Below the pieces are notes generated by a model. The model was given only the letters and a program-made list of their open reading frames with translations, had not been told where the DNA came from and searched no databases. Below are positions 26,891 through 35,559 of a stretch of 64,000 nucleotides of DNA, piece by piece. The stretch comes from Candidatus Rokuibacteriota bacterium (GTDB taxonomy: Bacteria > Bacteroidota > Bacteroidia > Flavobacteriales > Flavobacteriaceae). Where the stretch lies: the NCBI GenBank assembly GCA_900299425.1, contig OMJU01000060.1, forward strand, positions 39,773 to 103,772, given 5' to 3'. The first letter of the stretch is position 1. Each line of letters begins with the position of its first letter. The position numbers and the translations under genes were made by a program.

Positions 26891-27826
26891 ATGAAAGGAC
26901 CTTTATTTTATTCGAAAATACTGCTCTTTGGAGAGTACGGGATCATTAAAGATTCCAAAGGACTTTCTATTCCTTATAATTCTTATAAGGGCGCGCTGAT
27001 TATTCCTAAACAACAAACCGAAAAGACTCAGGAGTCTAACAAGCATCTTCATGCCTTTTGCGCTTATTTGGGTGAACTCATCGAAACAGGAGCATCTTTA
27101 ACTCAATTTAATTTAGCCCAGATGCAACAAGACTTGGCTCGGGGCATGTATTTTGATTCCAGTATTCCTCAGGGTTATGGTGTGGGCAGTAGCGGGGCGC
27201 TCGTAGCGGCTATTTACGATCGCTATGCCACGGATAAAATAACGATTTTAGAGAATTTAACTCGCGAAAAACTTTTGACCTTAAAAGGGGCTTTTGCTCA
27301 GATGGAGTCCTTTTTCCATGGGAAATCCTCAGGTCTTGATCCTTTGAATAGCTATCTGAGTTTGCCGATTTTGATCAATTCGCAAGAAAACATCGAGCCC
27401 GCAGGAATTCCGTCTCAAACCAATACCGGTGGGGCAGTATTTCTACTTGACAGCGGCATGACTGGGGAAACAGCCCCAATGGTTCAGTTGTTTATGGAAA
27501 AAATGAAACAAGAAGGCTTTCGCAATATGCTGAAAAATGAGTTTGTTACCTACACCGATCTCTGTGTTGAGGATTTTCTCAAAGGAGATGTCGGGTCGCT
27601 TTTTGGCAATATCAAACGTCTGTCAAAGGTAGTTTTGGATCATTTCCAGCCTATGATTCCCAAGCACTTTCACGAATTATGGCAACGCGGTTTAGAGACT
27701 AATACCTACTACTTAAAACTTTGTGGATCAGGCGGTGGAGGTTATATGCTAGGATTCACGCAAGATTTAGACCAGGCAAAATCGGTTCTGAAAGACTATA
27801 AGCTAGAAGTAGTCTATCAATTTTAG
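26891..27826 (+). CDS. GHMP-family kinase of the mevalonate pathway (mevalonate kinase or phosphomevalonate kinase)
   Basis: N-terminus KILLFGEYGIIKDS and GHMP motif PQGYGVGSSGALVAAIY. 311 aa, immediately after mvaD. MK versus PMK cannot be settled by eye. Confidence 0.7.
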   Translation: MKGPLFYSKILLFGEYGIIKDSKGLSIPYNSYKGALIIPKQQTEKTQESNKHLHAFCAYLGELIETGASLTQFNLAQMQQDLARGMYFDSSIPQGYGVGSSGALVAAIYDRYATDKITILENLTREKLLTLKGAFAQMESFFHGKSSGLDPLNSYLSLPILINSQENIEPAGIPSQTNTGGAVFLLDSGMTGETAPMVQLFMEKMKQEGFRNMLKNEFVTYTDLCVEDFLKGDVGSLFGNIKRLSKVVLDHFQPMIPKHFHELWQRGLETNTYYLKLCGSGGGGYMLGFTQDLDQAKSVLKDYKLEVVYQF

Positions 27827-27844
27827 CCATCAAATTTCGGGCTC

Positions 27845-28750
27845 ATGATTACACGCCCTCAAAAAATAATTTTATTGAAGCTTCTGAGCGTTATCTCAGT
27901 GGTTCGTGGTTATGCCATTGTGTTGATGATTGCAGCTCAGTTATTGACTGCTGCCTTTATTTTAGCTCCACAGGCCCCGCTGAATGAGGTTTTTTTGTCC
28001 GGGCCTCTGTGGTTAGTCATTTTAGCTTCATCATTATCGATCGCCGGCGGCTATATCATCAATAATTTTTACGATCAAGAAAAGGACCTGATTAATCGTC
28101 CTCGGCGCAGCAAATTAGACCGAATGTTGCGACAGCAAACAAAGCTCTCAGGATATTTCATCCTGAATTTTGCCGCAGTTTTGGCCGCTAGTGCCGTTTC
28201 TTTTTCGGCCGCTCTGTTTTTTTCTGGATTTATATTCTTGATGTGGTATTACTCTCATCGTCTCAAAAAGATAATTTTTGTGGGCAATTTAACTTCGGCT
28301 ATGCTCTCGGTGATGCCTTTATTTATTTTAGTGGTTTATTACAAATCCTTTTCTTCGATTATTGTCGTACACGCCTGCTTTTTACTGCTGCTTTTGGCTT
28401 CGCGAGAATTACTCAAAGATTTAGAAAATCTCACTGGTGATTTAGTTCAGGGCTATAAAACAATCCCTGTTGTTTACGGGGTCACCCCAACTAAAGTTAT
28501 CGGTATTGCACTGATTGGTTTGACTTATTTGCCCTCGTTGATTTTGATTTTAAATTACGACCTCAATGCCATGCGCTATTATTTTTTTGCAACCATGATT
28601 GTATTACCCTATGGGGCTTACCTGCTTTGGCGGGCCAAAGAAAAAAGGGATTATCTGGTGCTGCATGCTTTGCTGAGATTAGGCATAATCATAGGGGTGA
28701 TGAGTATCGTTCTGCTCAACCCGGAGCGATTCATCCAAGGATGGTTTTAA
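27845..28750 (+). CDS. UbiA-family aromatic/polyprenyl transferase (DGGGP-synthase-like)
   Basis: About 8-9 TM segments. The first Asp-rich motif is NNFYDQEKD (NxxxDxxxD) and the second region is KDLENLTGD. Confidence 0.8.
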   Translation: MITRPQKIILLKLLSVISVVRGYAIVLMIAAQLLTAAFILAPQAPLNEVFLSGPLWLVILASSLSIAGGYIINNFYDQEKDLINRPRRSKLDRMLRQQTKLSGYFILNFAAVLAASAVSFSAALFFSGFIFLMWYYSHRLKKIIFVGNLTSAMLSVMPLFILVVYYKSFSSIIVVHACFLLLLLASRELLKDLENLTGDLVQGYKTIPVVYGVTPTKVIGIALIGLTYLPSLILILNYDLNAMRYYFFATMIVLPYGAYLLWRAKEKRDYLVLHALLRLGIIIGVMSIVLLNPERFIQGWF

Positions 28751-28803
28751 CCTCTAGATAAAAGAAGTTTTTGCCCGCAAACCATGTACGGTCTTTTATT
28801 GTC

Positions 28804-28811
28804 TATCTTTG
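28804..28811 (+). promoter_or_regulatory. -7 promoter box (TATCTTTG) upstream of the pseudouridine-synthase-like gene
   Basis: Exact TAnnTTTG match 29 nt upstream of the ATG at 28840. Confidence 0.4.
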
Positions 28812-28839
28812 CGGCTTAATTCAATACACAACCCATCCC

Positions 28840-29685
28840 ATGGTCAAGAAAAAAGGTGGAGCGCCGAAGGCGCAGCCCACAACGCGCAAAACCTCAGGAG
28901 ATCGCCCTGGTCAAAAAAACCGCAGACCTACTGCCGCTGCAGGCAAGCCAAAGGGGACAGCATCAAAGGCCGATGAACCTAAGCGCGATGGGACACGTCT
29001 AAACAAGTTTATTGCCAATAGTGGTGTTTGCTCACGACGCGAGGCAGATACTTATATTGCCTCAGGATTGGTTACGGTAAACAATAAGGTGGTCAATACC
29101 ATGGGTTATTTGGTTAAGCCTGGAGATGAGGTGAAGTTCGATGGCCGCCGATTGCAACAAGATCCACCGGCTTACATATTGCTCAACAAACCTAAGGCGG
29201 TTGCCTCGACTACAAGTGAATCTAAAGGCTTAACCGTTATGGATTTGATTGCTAATGCTACAAGGGCTAGAGTGGCACCAGTAGGAAGATTGGGTCGCAA
29301 TGCCACTGGCTTATTTTTGTTTACTAATGATGATCGCTTGATGCAAAAGCTTCACAAAAAAGGCTTACCGCGTTTGTTTCATGTAGAACTTGATAAAAAC
29401 CTTAAAAATGAGGATCTTTTAAAGATTAGAGAGGGACTAAGTATTGAGGGGAAAACTGTAGTGGTTGAAGAAATTAGCTATGTGGTTAATGCTGCAAAAA
29501 AAGAGGTCGGATTGAAAATCAAGAATATGGGCAGCAGTATAATCAGAGACTTATTCGATCATTTAGGATATCAAGTGGTCAAAGTAGATTGTGTCACTCT
29601 GGCCCACCTGACCAAAAAAGATCTTCCGCGAGGGCGATATCGTCATCTTAATGATGATGAAATCAGCTTATTTTCAATGCTTTAA
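28840..29685 (+). CDS. RluB/RsuA-family pseudouridine synthase homolog with a basic N-terminal tail and S4 domain; catalytic Asp position reads Gly
   Basis: S4 domain RLNKFIANSGVCSRREAD. Motif II reads VGRLGRNATGLFLFTNDD where the family has GRLD…. ATG at 28840 follows the promoter box. Confidence 0.75.
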   Translation: MVKKKGGAPKAQPTTRKTSGDRPGQKNRRPTAAAGKPKGTASKADEPKRDGTRLNKFIANSGVCSRREADTYIASGLVTVNNKVVNTMGYLVKPGDEVKFDGRRLQQDPPAYILLNKPKAVASTTSESKGLTVMDLIANATRARVAPVGRLGRNATGLFLFTNDDRLMQKLHKKGLPRLFHVELDKNLKNEDLLKIREGLSIEGKTVVVEEISYVVNAAKKEVGLKIKNMGSSIIRDLFDHLGYQVVKVDCVTLAHLTKKDLPRGRYRHLNDDEISLFSML

Positions 29686-29744
29686 AGGAAATTTGATCGG
29701 GCCTATTTTTTTTAAACATTTGGCTTGTTTTTCAAAAAATAAAT

Positions 29745-29752
29745 TACATTTG
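29745..29752 (+). promoter_or_regulatory. -7 promoter box (TACATTTG) for the polyamine operon
   Basis: Exact TAnnTTTG match 257 nt upstream of the speA ATG, implying a leader of about 250 nt. Confidence 0.4.
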
Positions 29753-30008
29753 CCCAGTTTTTAGCTGAACGAGTGAATCAAGTTTCTACCTTCGGGTTTT
29801 TGAAAATTAGGAAGTCATATTCAAAAATTGCTTACCAGGTAAGCGACCGAAATTTAAAGCTAGCTTCCGATTTTTTGATCCCGCGCACCGCCCATCTTTT
29901 GCGAAAGAAGATATGGGCCCTGTTGCCAATAATTGTATGAGTTGATTTTTTATCTCCACAAACTCAATTATAATTCACAACACTGAATCTCAGTAAGGCA
30001 ACAAAAAA

Positions 30009-31406
30009 ATGAACACAAAATACATTGATCTAATCGATCAAACTTATGAATTTCCTCAAGAAGAATTTAAGCTTGATCAGGACAACCTGCGCTTTCATGA
30101 TATAGATTTGATGGATTTAGTAGAGACCTACGGGGCTCCACTGAAATTCACTTATCTGCCAAAGATTTCTGAAAATATTCAAAAAGCAAAATCTTGGTTT
30201 AGCAGCGCGATAAAAAAACATGACTACAAAGGCTCGTATAATTATAGCTATTGCACAAAAAGTGCACATTTCAAGCATGTATTGGTCGAGGCCTTAAAAA
30301 ATGATGTACATATAGAAACCTCATCGGCTTACGACATTAATATTGTTGAAAATTTGAAGGCCGAGGGTAAAATTGGCAAGGATACATATGTCATATGCAA
30401 TGGTTTTAAACGCGAAGAATACATTCAAAATATATCGCGTTTAATTAATTCAGGTCATGAGAATTGTATCCCGATTATTGATAATTACGAAGAGTTAGCC
30501 TTACTTGGGGACTCTATCGAAAAGGATTTCAAAGTTGGTATTCGTATCGCATCTGAGGAAGAGCCCAAATTTGAGTTTTATACTTCAAGATTGGGCATTG
30601 GTTATAAGAATATTGTCCCGTTTTATGAGGATCAAATAAAATACAACGATAAAGTCGAGCTCAAAATGCTTCACTTTTTCATCAATACGGGCATCAAGGA
30701 TAACGCTTATTATTGGAATGAGCTCATCAAATGTCTCAAGGTATACACCAAACTAAAGAAAGTTTGTCCTACCCTTGATAGTCTGAATATCGGTGGAGGA
30801 TTTCCGATAAAGAATTCTTTGGCTTTTGATTATGATTACGATTATATGGTTGATGAGATCATCAATCAAATCAACATTGCCTGTATGACTGAAGGCGTAC
30901 CCGTACCCCATATTTTTACTGAGTTTGGCAGCTTTACAGTAGGAGAAAGTGGGGGCGCCATTTACCAGATATTACATCAAAAACAGCAAAATGATCGGGA
31001 AAAGTGGAATATGATCAATTCCTCTTTCATCACCACCCTGCCTGATACATGGGCCATCAATAAGCGTTTTATTATGCTGGCGGTCAACCGCTGGTATGAT
31101 GAGTACGAGCGTGTATTGCTCGGGGGACTGACTTGTGATAGTGACGATTACTACAATAGTGAGCAACACGTGAATGCCATTTATCTGCCGAAGTTTAAAA
31201 AAGACAAACCCTTGTATATAGGCTTCTTTAATACAGGGGCCTATCAAGAGTCAATAGGAGGTTTCGGTGGATTGCAACACTGTTTAATCCCTGCTCCAAA
31301 ACATATATTAATTCAAAAAGACGCCGACGGAAATTTAGAGACCTCGGTATTTACCCAGCAACAAACAAGCGAACAATTACTTTCAATTTTAGGTTATGAG
31401 CACTAG
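30009..31406 (+). CDS. speA: Arginine decarboxylase (PLP-dependent, alanine-racemase-fold group IV decarboxylase)
   Basis: 465 aa. The Orn/DAP/Arg decarboxylase fold is recognisable (YCTKSAHF Lys region, NIGGGFP, GGLTCDSDD, FNTGAYQES). The gene is followed by agmatinase. Confidence 0.8.
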   Translation: MNTKYIDLIDQTYEFPQEEFKLDQDNLRFHDIDLMDLVETYGAPLKFTYLPKISENIQKAKSWFSSAIKKHDYKGSYNYSYCTKSAHFKHVLVEALKNDVHIETSSAYDINIVENLKAEGKIGKDTYVICNGFKREEYIQNISRLINSGHENCIPIIDNYEELALLGDSIEKDFKVGIRIASEEEPKFEFYTSRLGIGYKNIVPFYEDQIKYNDKVELKMLHFFINTGIKDNAYYWNELIKCLKVYTKLKKVCPTLDSLNIGGGFPIKNSLAFDYDYDYMVDEIINQINIACMTEGVPVPHIFTEFGSFTVGESGGAIYQILHQKQQNDREKWNMINSSFITTLPDTWAINKRFIMLAVNRWYDEYERVLLGGLTCDSDDYYNSEQHVNAIYLPKFKKDKPLYIGFFNTGAYQESIGGFGGLQHCLIPAPKHILIQKDADGNLETSVFTQQQTSEQLLSILGYEH

Positions 31407-32331
31407 AACTTATGCAGGGATACCTGCAGCATATAGCAGTTTGGATACGAGTAAAATTGTATTAATTCCTGTGCCTTACGACGGAACCAGTACCTGGCAA
31501 AAAGGAGCGGATAAAGGTCCAGAAGCTTTTTTGAAAGCCTCTGAAAACATGGAACTTTACGATATCGAAACCGGTAGTGAGGTCTATAAACAAGGAGTGT
31601 ATTTGGCAGAGGCCATAGAGGAAAAGAGCAGTCCTGAGGCTGTAGTTGCTAAAGTGCACAAAACAGTAAAAGAATATATCCTGCGCAATAAATTTGTGAC
31701 CATTTTTGGCGGTGAGCACAGTATTTCTATTGGGACTATCCGCGCTTTTAATGAGTGTTTTGACGACTTGACGGTATTGCATATCGATGCCCATGCTGAT
31801 TTACGCGCCTCTTATGAAGGATCAAAGTGTAATCATGCCTGTGCCGTTTATGAGGCGAGTCAAACGACTAATTTGATTCAATTGGGGATCCGAAGCATGG
31901 ATGTTACTGAGACCACTGTAATGGATCAAGAGAAAACGTGGTTTGCCCACGACATGGTCAGTGAAGAATACTGGATGGACAGTGTGATTGAAGCTTTGGG
32001 AGAGAATGTTTTCATCACTTTTGACCTGGATGCTTTTGATCCTTCGATCATGCCTTCGACTGGAACGCCTGAACCGGGGGGCTTGCTTTGGTATGAAACA
32101 CTTGACTTTTTGCGTCGTGTTTTTGAACAACGCAATGTCGTTGGGTTTGATATTGTAGAGTTGTGCCCGAGAGAAGAGGAAAAAAGTTCAGATTTTTTGG
32201 CGGCAAAACTCTATTACAAGATGTTATCTTATAAATTTGATGGCATAGATTCTGAGGATAGTTTTGAGAGTAATTTCAGCGAGTCTACGAAGAAATCATT
32301 ACCAAAATTTAACAACGACATTGATGAGTAA
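31396..32331 (+). CDS. speB: Agmatinase (ureohydrolase family)
   Basis: Mn-ligand motifs GGEHSIS, HIDAHADLR and TFDLDAFDP. It overlaps speA by 11 bp. Confidence 0.85.
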   Translation: MSTRTYAGIPAAYSSLDTSKIVLIPVPYDGTSTWQKGADKGPEAFLKASENMELYDIETGSEVYKQGVYLAEAIEEKSSPEAVVAKVHKTVKEYILRNKFVTIFGGEHSISIGTIRAFNECFDDLTVLHIDAHADLRASYEGSKCNHACAVYEASQTTNLIQLGIRSMDVTETTVMDQEKTWFAHDMVSEEYWMDSVIEALGENVFITFDLDAFDPSIMPSTGTPEPGGLLWYETLDFLRRVFEQRNVVGFDIVELCPREEEKSSDFLAAKLYYKMLSYKFDGIDSEDSFESNFSESTKKSLPKFNNDIDE

Positions 32332-33295
32332 CAAGCCGATTACTGAATTTATTCAAAAGTATTACAAGCATTTTAACGCAGCGGCCCTGGTGGATGCAGC
32401 AAAAGGCTATGAAGCGCAACTAAATCAGGGCTCAAAAATGTTAGTTTCTCTAGCAGGCGCCATGAGTACTGCTGAGCTGGGTAAAATTTTTGCTGAAATG
32501 ATTCGTCAAGATAAGGTGCAGATCATCTCTTGTACAGGCGCTAATTTAGAGGAGGATGTCATGAATCTTGTGGCGCACTCTCATTATGAACGCGTGCCGA
32601 ATTATCGTGATCTTACCCCCGAACAAGAGTGGGCTTTGCTCGAACGCGGATTGAATCGCGTTACTGATACTTGTATTCCAGAAGAGGAGGCTTTCCGGAG
32701 ACTGCAGGAACATATTTTCAAAATCTGGAAAGATGCCGAAGAGCGTAACGAACGCTATTTCCCGCACGAGTTCATGTACAAACTGTTACTTAGTGGTGTC
32801 TTAGAACCTTATTATGAAATTGATTTAAAGGATTCATGGATGTACGCTGCGGCTCAAAAAAATCTACCTATGGTTGTGCCCGGTTGGGAAGACAGCACAA
32901 TGGGGAATATTTTTGCAAGCTACGTACTAAAAGGAGAGCTCAAAGCCTCAACCATGAAATCTGGTATCGAGTATATGACTTTTTTAGCGGATTGGTATAC
33001 GGCTAATTCAGAGAAGGGGATAGGATTTTTTCAAATAGGTGGCGGTATAGCGGGTGATTTCCCGATTTGTGTTGTGCCCATGCTTTATCAAGATATGGAA
33101 CGTACGGACACGCCATTTTGGAGCTACTTCTGTCAAATCAGTGATTCGACCACCAGTTACGGTAGTTATTCCGGAGCGGTGCCCAATGAAAAAATCACCT
33201 GGGGTAAACTAGACATCCACACTCCAAAGTATATCATCGAGAGCGATGCCACAATCGTGGCCCCATTAATTTTTGCTTATTTGTTAGAATATTAA
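32324..33295 (+). CDS. Deoxyhypusine synthase family protein (candidate homospermidine synthase)
   Basis: SLAGAMSTAELGKIFAEMIRQDKVQIISCTGANLEEDV is typical of the DHS family. The ATG at 32324 overlaps speB by 8 bp. Confidence 0.75.
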   Translation: MSNKPITEFIQKYYKHFNAAALVDAAKGYEAQLNQGSKMLVSLAGAMSTAELGKIFAEMIRQDKVQIISCTGANLEEDVMNLVAHSHYERVPNYRDLTPEQEWALLERGLNRVTDTCIPEEEAFRRLQEHIFKIWKDAEERNERYFPHEFMYKLLLSGVLEPYYEIDLKDSWMYAAAQKNLPMVVPGWEDSTMGNIFASYVLKGELKASTMKSGIEYMTFLADWYTANSEKGIGFFQIGGGIAGDFPICVVPMLYQDMERTDTPFWSYFCQISDSTTSYGSYSGAVPNEKITWGKLDIHTPKYIIESDATIVAPLIFAYLLEY

Positions 33296-33297
33296 TT

Positions 33298-33603
33298 ATG
33301 AGACGCGTCATAGTAGATTATAAAAAACTCAACAATGAAATACTCGACCTCTTGGTCGATAAGTTTCCTTATGGTTACGAACCGGAGGACATCATTACTT
33401 TCCGCAATGCCCAAAATGAAATTATTGAAGCAGTAGAGGTACGCACAGAAGACACAATTTACTTAGTCAAAGTAAGTAAGCGCCTGGCAGATACTATGGA
33501 AAGCTTTCAAGATGACGACGACAACGACTTTGACGACGACGAAAAGGACAGCACAGACACCCCTGAGCTTTCCGACGAAGACGAGCAAGAAGTCGATTAT
33601 TAA
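33298..33603 (+). CDS. Small protein with a poly-acidic C-terminal tail (unknown function)
   Basis: 101 aa, starting 2 bp after the DHS-like stop. The C-terminal 35 aa are about 60% Asp/Glu (QDDDDNDFDDDEKD…DEDEQEVDY). Confidence 0.6.
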   Translation: MRRVIVDYKKLNNEILDLLVDKFPYGYEPEDIITFRNAQNEIIEAVEVRTEDTIYLVKVSKRLADTMESFQDDDDNDFDDDEKDSTDTPELSDEDEQEVDY

Positions 33604-33664
33604 GGTCAAATAGCCCCATCCATAGGGCTAAGTTACCAACCGTATTCTGTTCATAATTCTAATG

Positions 33665-33705
33665 AGCCATTTTGCTGCTGAACAGTAAAATGGCTTAATT
33701 TTCTA
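33665..33705 (+). terminator. Rho-independent terminator of the polyamine operon
   Basis: agccatttt / aaaatggct forms a perfect 9-bp stem with a 13-nt loop, followed by TTAATTTTCT. Confidence 0.6.
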
Positions 33706-33746
33706 TAGACACAAAACTAACGTCAATTGATTTTTGTTTATAGACT

Positions 33747-34160
33747 ATGAATCCACAATTCCACTTGTCATTGCCTTGTCGTCATCTCGAGGCGACACGT
33801 CGTTTTTTTACTGAAATTATTGGTGCCTCAGTGGGGCGTCAATCAAATTTATGGTGCGACATTAACCTATTTGGTCACCAAATTACCTATACCAAATGTG
33901 GGACCTTTCGATTTGATTATCCCAATTACAGTTTTGAAAAAACCATATTGCCTTCCTTTCATTTTGGCATTGTATTAAAACGCCCTGAATGGAACGCGCT
34001 TCATGATCGATTGGAAAAAGAAGAATTTTTACATACCCCAGCTACTGAATTTTTAACAGGCCGCATAGGCGCACACCGTTCGTTTTTCGTCAAAGACCCC
34101 AATGGATTTTTGATCGAGTTTAAGTGTTTTGATCAAGAGGAGGAAGTTTTTGCAAATTGA
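33747..34160 (+). CDS. VOC (glyoxalase/bleomycin-resistance/dioxygenase) family protein
   Basis: 137 aa. FHLSLPCRHLEATRRFFTEIIG and FFVKDPNGFLIEFK are typical VOC beta-alpha-beta modules. Confidence 0.65.
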   Translation: MNPQFHLSLPCRHLEATRRFFTEIIGASVGRQSNLWCDINLFGHQITYTKCGTFRFDYPNYSFEKTILPSFHFGIVLKRPEWNALHDRLEKEEFLHTPATEFLTGRIGAHRSFFVKDPNGFLIEFKCFDQEEEVFAN

Positions 34161-35548
34161 GACTTATCATGCGTGGGATTTTTGAGTTCCCATAATACAT
34201 AAGCAATAAGCAGGAGATACTCAATGCTGATCCAAAGGCTTTTTTCAGCGACAATTGAGCTTTCATAAGCAGTATAACTCAGAAAAATCAGCATGCTGCC
34301 TACTAGGCCTATACGGCTTTGTGCCAATATACTTAGGATAAGCACGGTGGTCCAATACCACGGATGAACAGTAGTGGCGAAAACTAAATAAATCAAGATC
34401 GACCAAAACATGGCTTGATATAGATGGCTCTTATTGAGCCAGACGCGGTAACTCAAATAAAGTATGCTTGTTGTGGTAATTAAAGAAAGTGCAGGCCCGA
34501 TTTGGGCGATAAGATTATAGCCTTTCCATTGAAATCCGATCCAGCGAAGAACATAATAGACACTCGCGTTAAACTCAAATTTAGTAAACCATAGCCCCGT
34601 AGTGTCCCAGTAGTGCCCCAATGTTTCGGCATTTAGAAAAGGGAGAAAGATCAGTGCTAGTCCAAGAGCAAGACCCAAACCATACTTAATGATCGAATTA
34701 AGGCTTTGACTTTGTTTAGTTTGACTAGCGAAATGTGCTAGAATTATGGGAATAAACATCAGTGGAATAAGTTTGACACCTACTCCTATGGCCAATAAAA
34801 TTCCTGAAAGAAAGTATCTATGATTCAGGGCAAGAACAATACTGGCCAAAATACTTAAGGCCATAAAACCTTCAAAATGACAATTGCCGGTTAGCTCGAG
34901 AATAATCAAAGGGTTTAGAAAATACCATTTGATGTAGTTGGGATTCAGCGATTGTTTTTTCAGTAATTGACGACCTAAAAAAAACACGCCTGTATCTGCC
35001 AGAATGATGAATAATCTAAGTGCCGATATGCGATGCAATAAGGGTTCAATACCCAGCCAATGCGGTAGGGCAAAAATAAGCTGTTTCACAGGAGGATAAT
35101 TACTGTAATTACCCGCACTGAGCGCCCCCATCTTTTTAAACAGTTGTGCTGCATCCGGTATATTTAGACTCAATACCTCTAGCTGATTGATCAAGGACAC
35201 GGGCGTGAAGTGATATGGAGAGATCCCTTGAGCAAATAGGGCACCATCCCATAAAAAGCGATAGACATCCTGGGAAAGGTTAGGCCAAGAAAACAGGAGC
35301 AGTACCCTGAGGATTAACCCTGCAATCAAGACTTTACCCCAGGAAAATGGGCTGTGATTCAAGCCGCTTCGCTCTGATCGCTCAATGCGCAACCATGGCC
35401 AGCTCAGCAGCCAAAGCCCGGTATAACTCAAAAGAAGTAGGTTAGTCTGACTGCGGTCTAAATAATACCCAAACCCTATATAACCAAGGCACAGAAGCAG
35501 AAAACTCCCGGCGAATAGAATCGACTTATTTCCCATCAGGGCCTTCAT
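34133..35548 (-). CDS. Polytopic membrane protein, GT-C-type glycosyltransferase-like (DUF2029/GT87-like)
   Basis: More than 10 predicted TM segments. An early loop SQDVYRFLWDG resembles the Asp-containing first loop of GT-C mannosyltransferases. Family assignment is tentative. Confidence 0.5.
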   Translation of the reverse strand: MKALMGNKSILFAGSFLLLCLGYIGFGYYLDRSQTNLLLLSYTGLWLLSWPWLRIERSERSGLNHSPFSWGKVLIAGLILRVLLLFSWPNLSQDVYRFLWDGALFAQGISPYHFTPVSLINQLEVLSLNIPDAAQLFKKMGALSAGNYSNYPPVKQLIFALPHWLGIEPLLHRISALRLFIILADTGVFFLGRQLLKKQSLNPNYIKWYFLNPLIILELTGNCHFEGFMALSILASIVLALNHRYFLSGILLAIGVGVKLIPLMFIPIILAHFASQTKQSQSLNSIIKYGLGLALGLALIFLPFLNAETLGHYWDTTGLWFTKFEFNASVYYVLRWIGFQWKGYNLIAQIGPALSLITTTSILYLSYRVWLNKSHLYQAMFWSILIYLVFATTVHPWYWTTVLILSILAQSRIGLVGSMLIFLSYTAYESSIVAEKSLWISIEYLLLIAYVLWELKNPTHDKSQFAKTSSS

Positions 35549-35559
35549 GCCCTAAAGGT

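Noticed and set aside
34133-34160. A 28-bp tail-to-tail overlap between the VOC gene and the GT-C-like membrane protein gene.
   Set aside because: Convergent 3' overlaps of this size are common and need no special explanation. Neither ORF has an alternative earlier stop.
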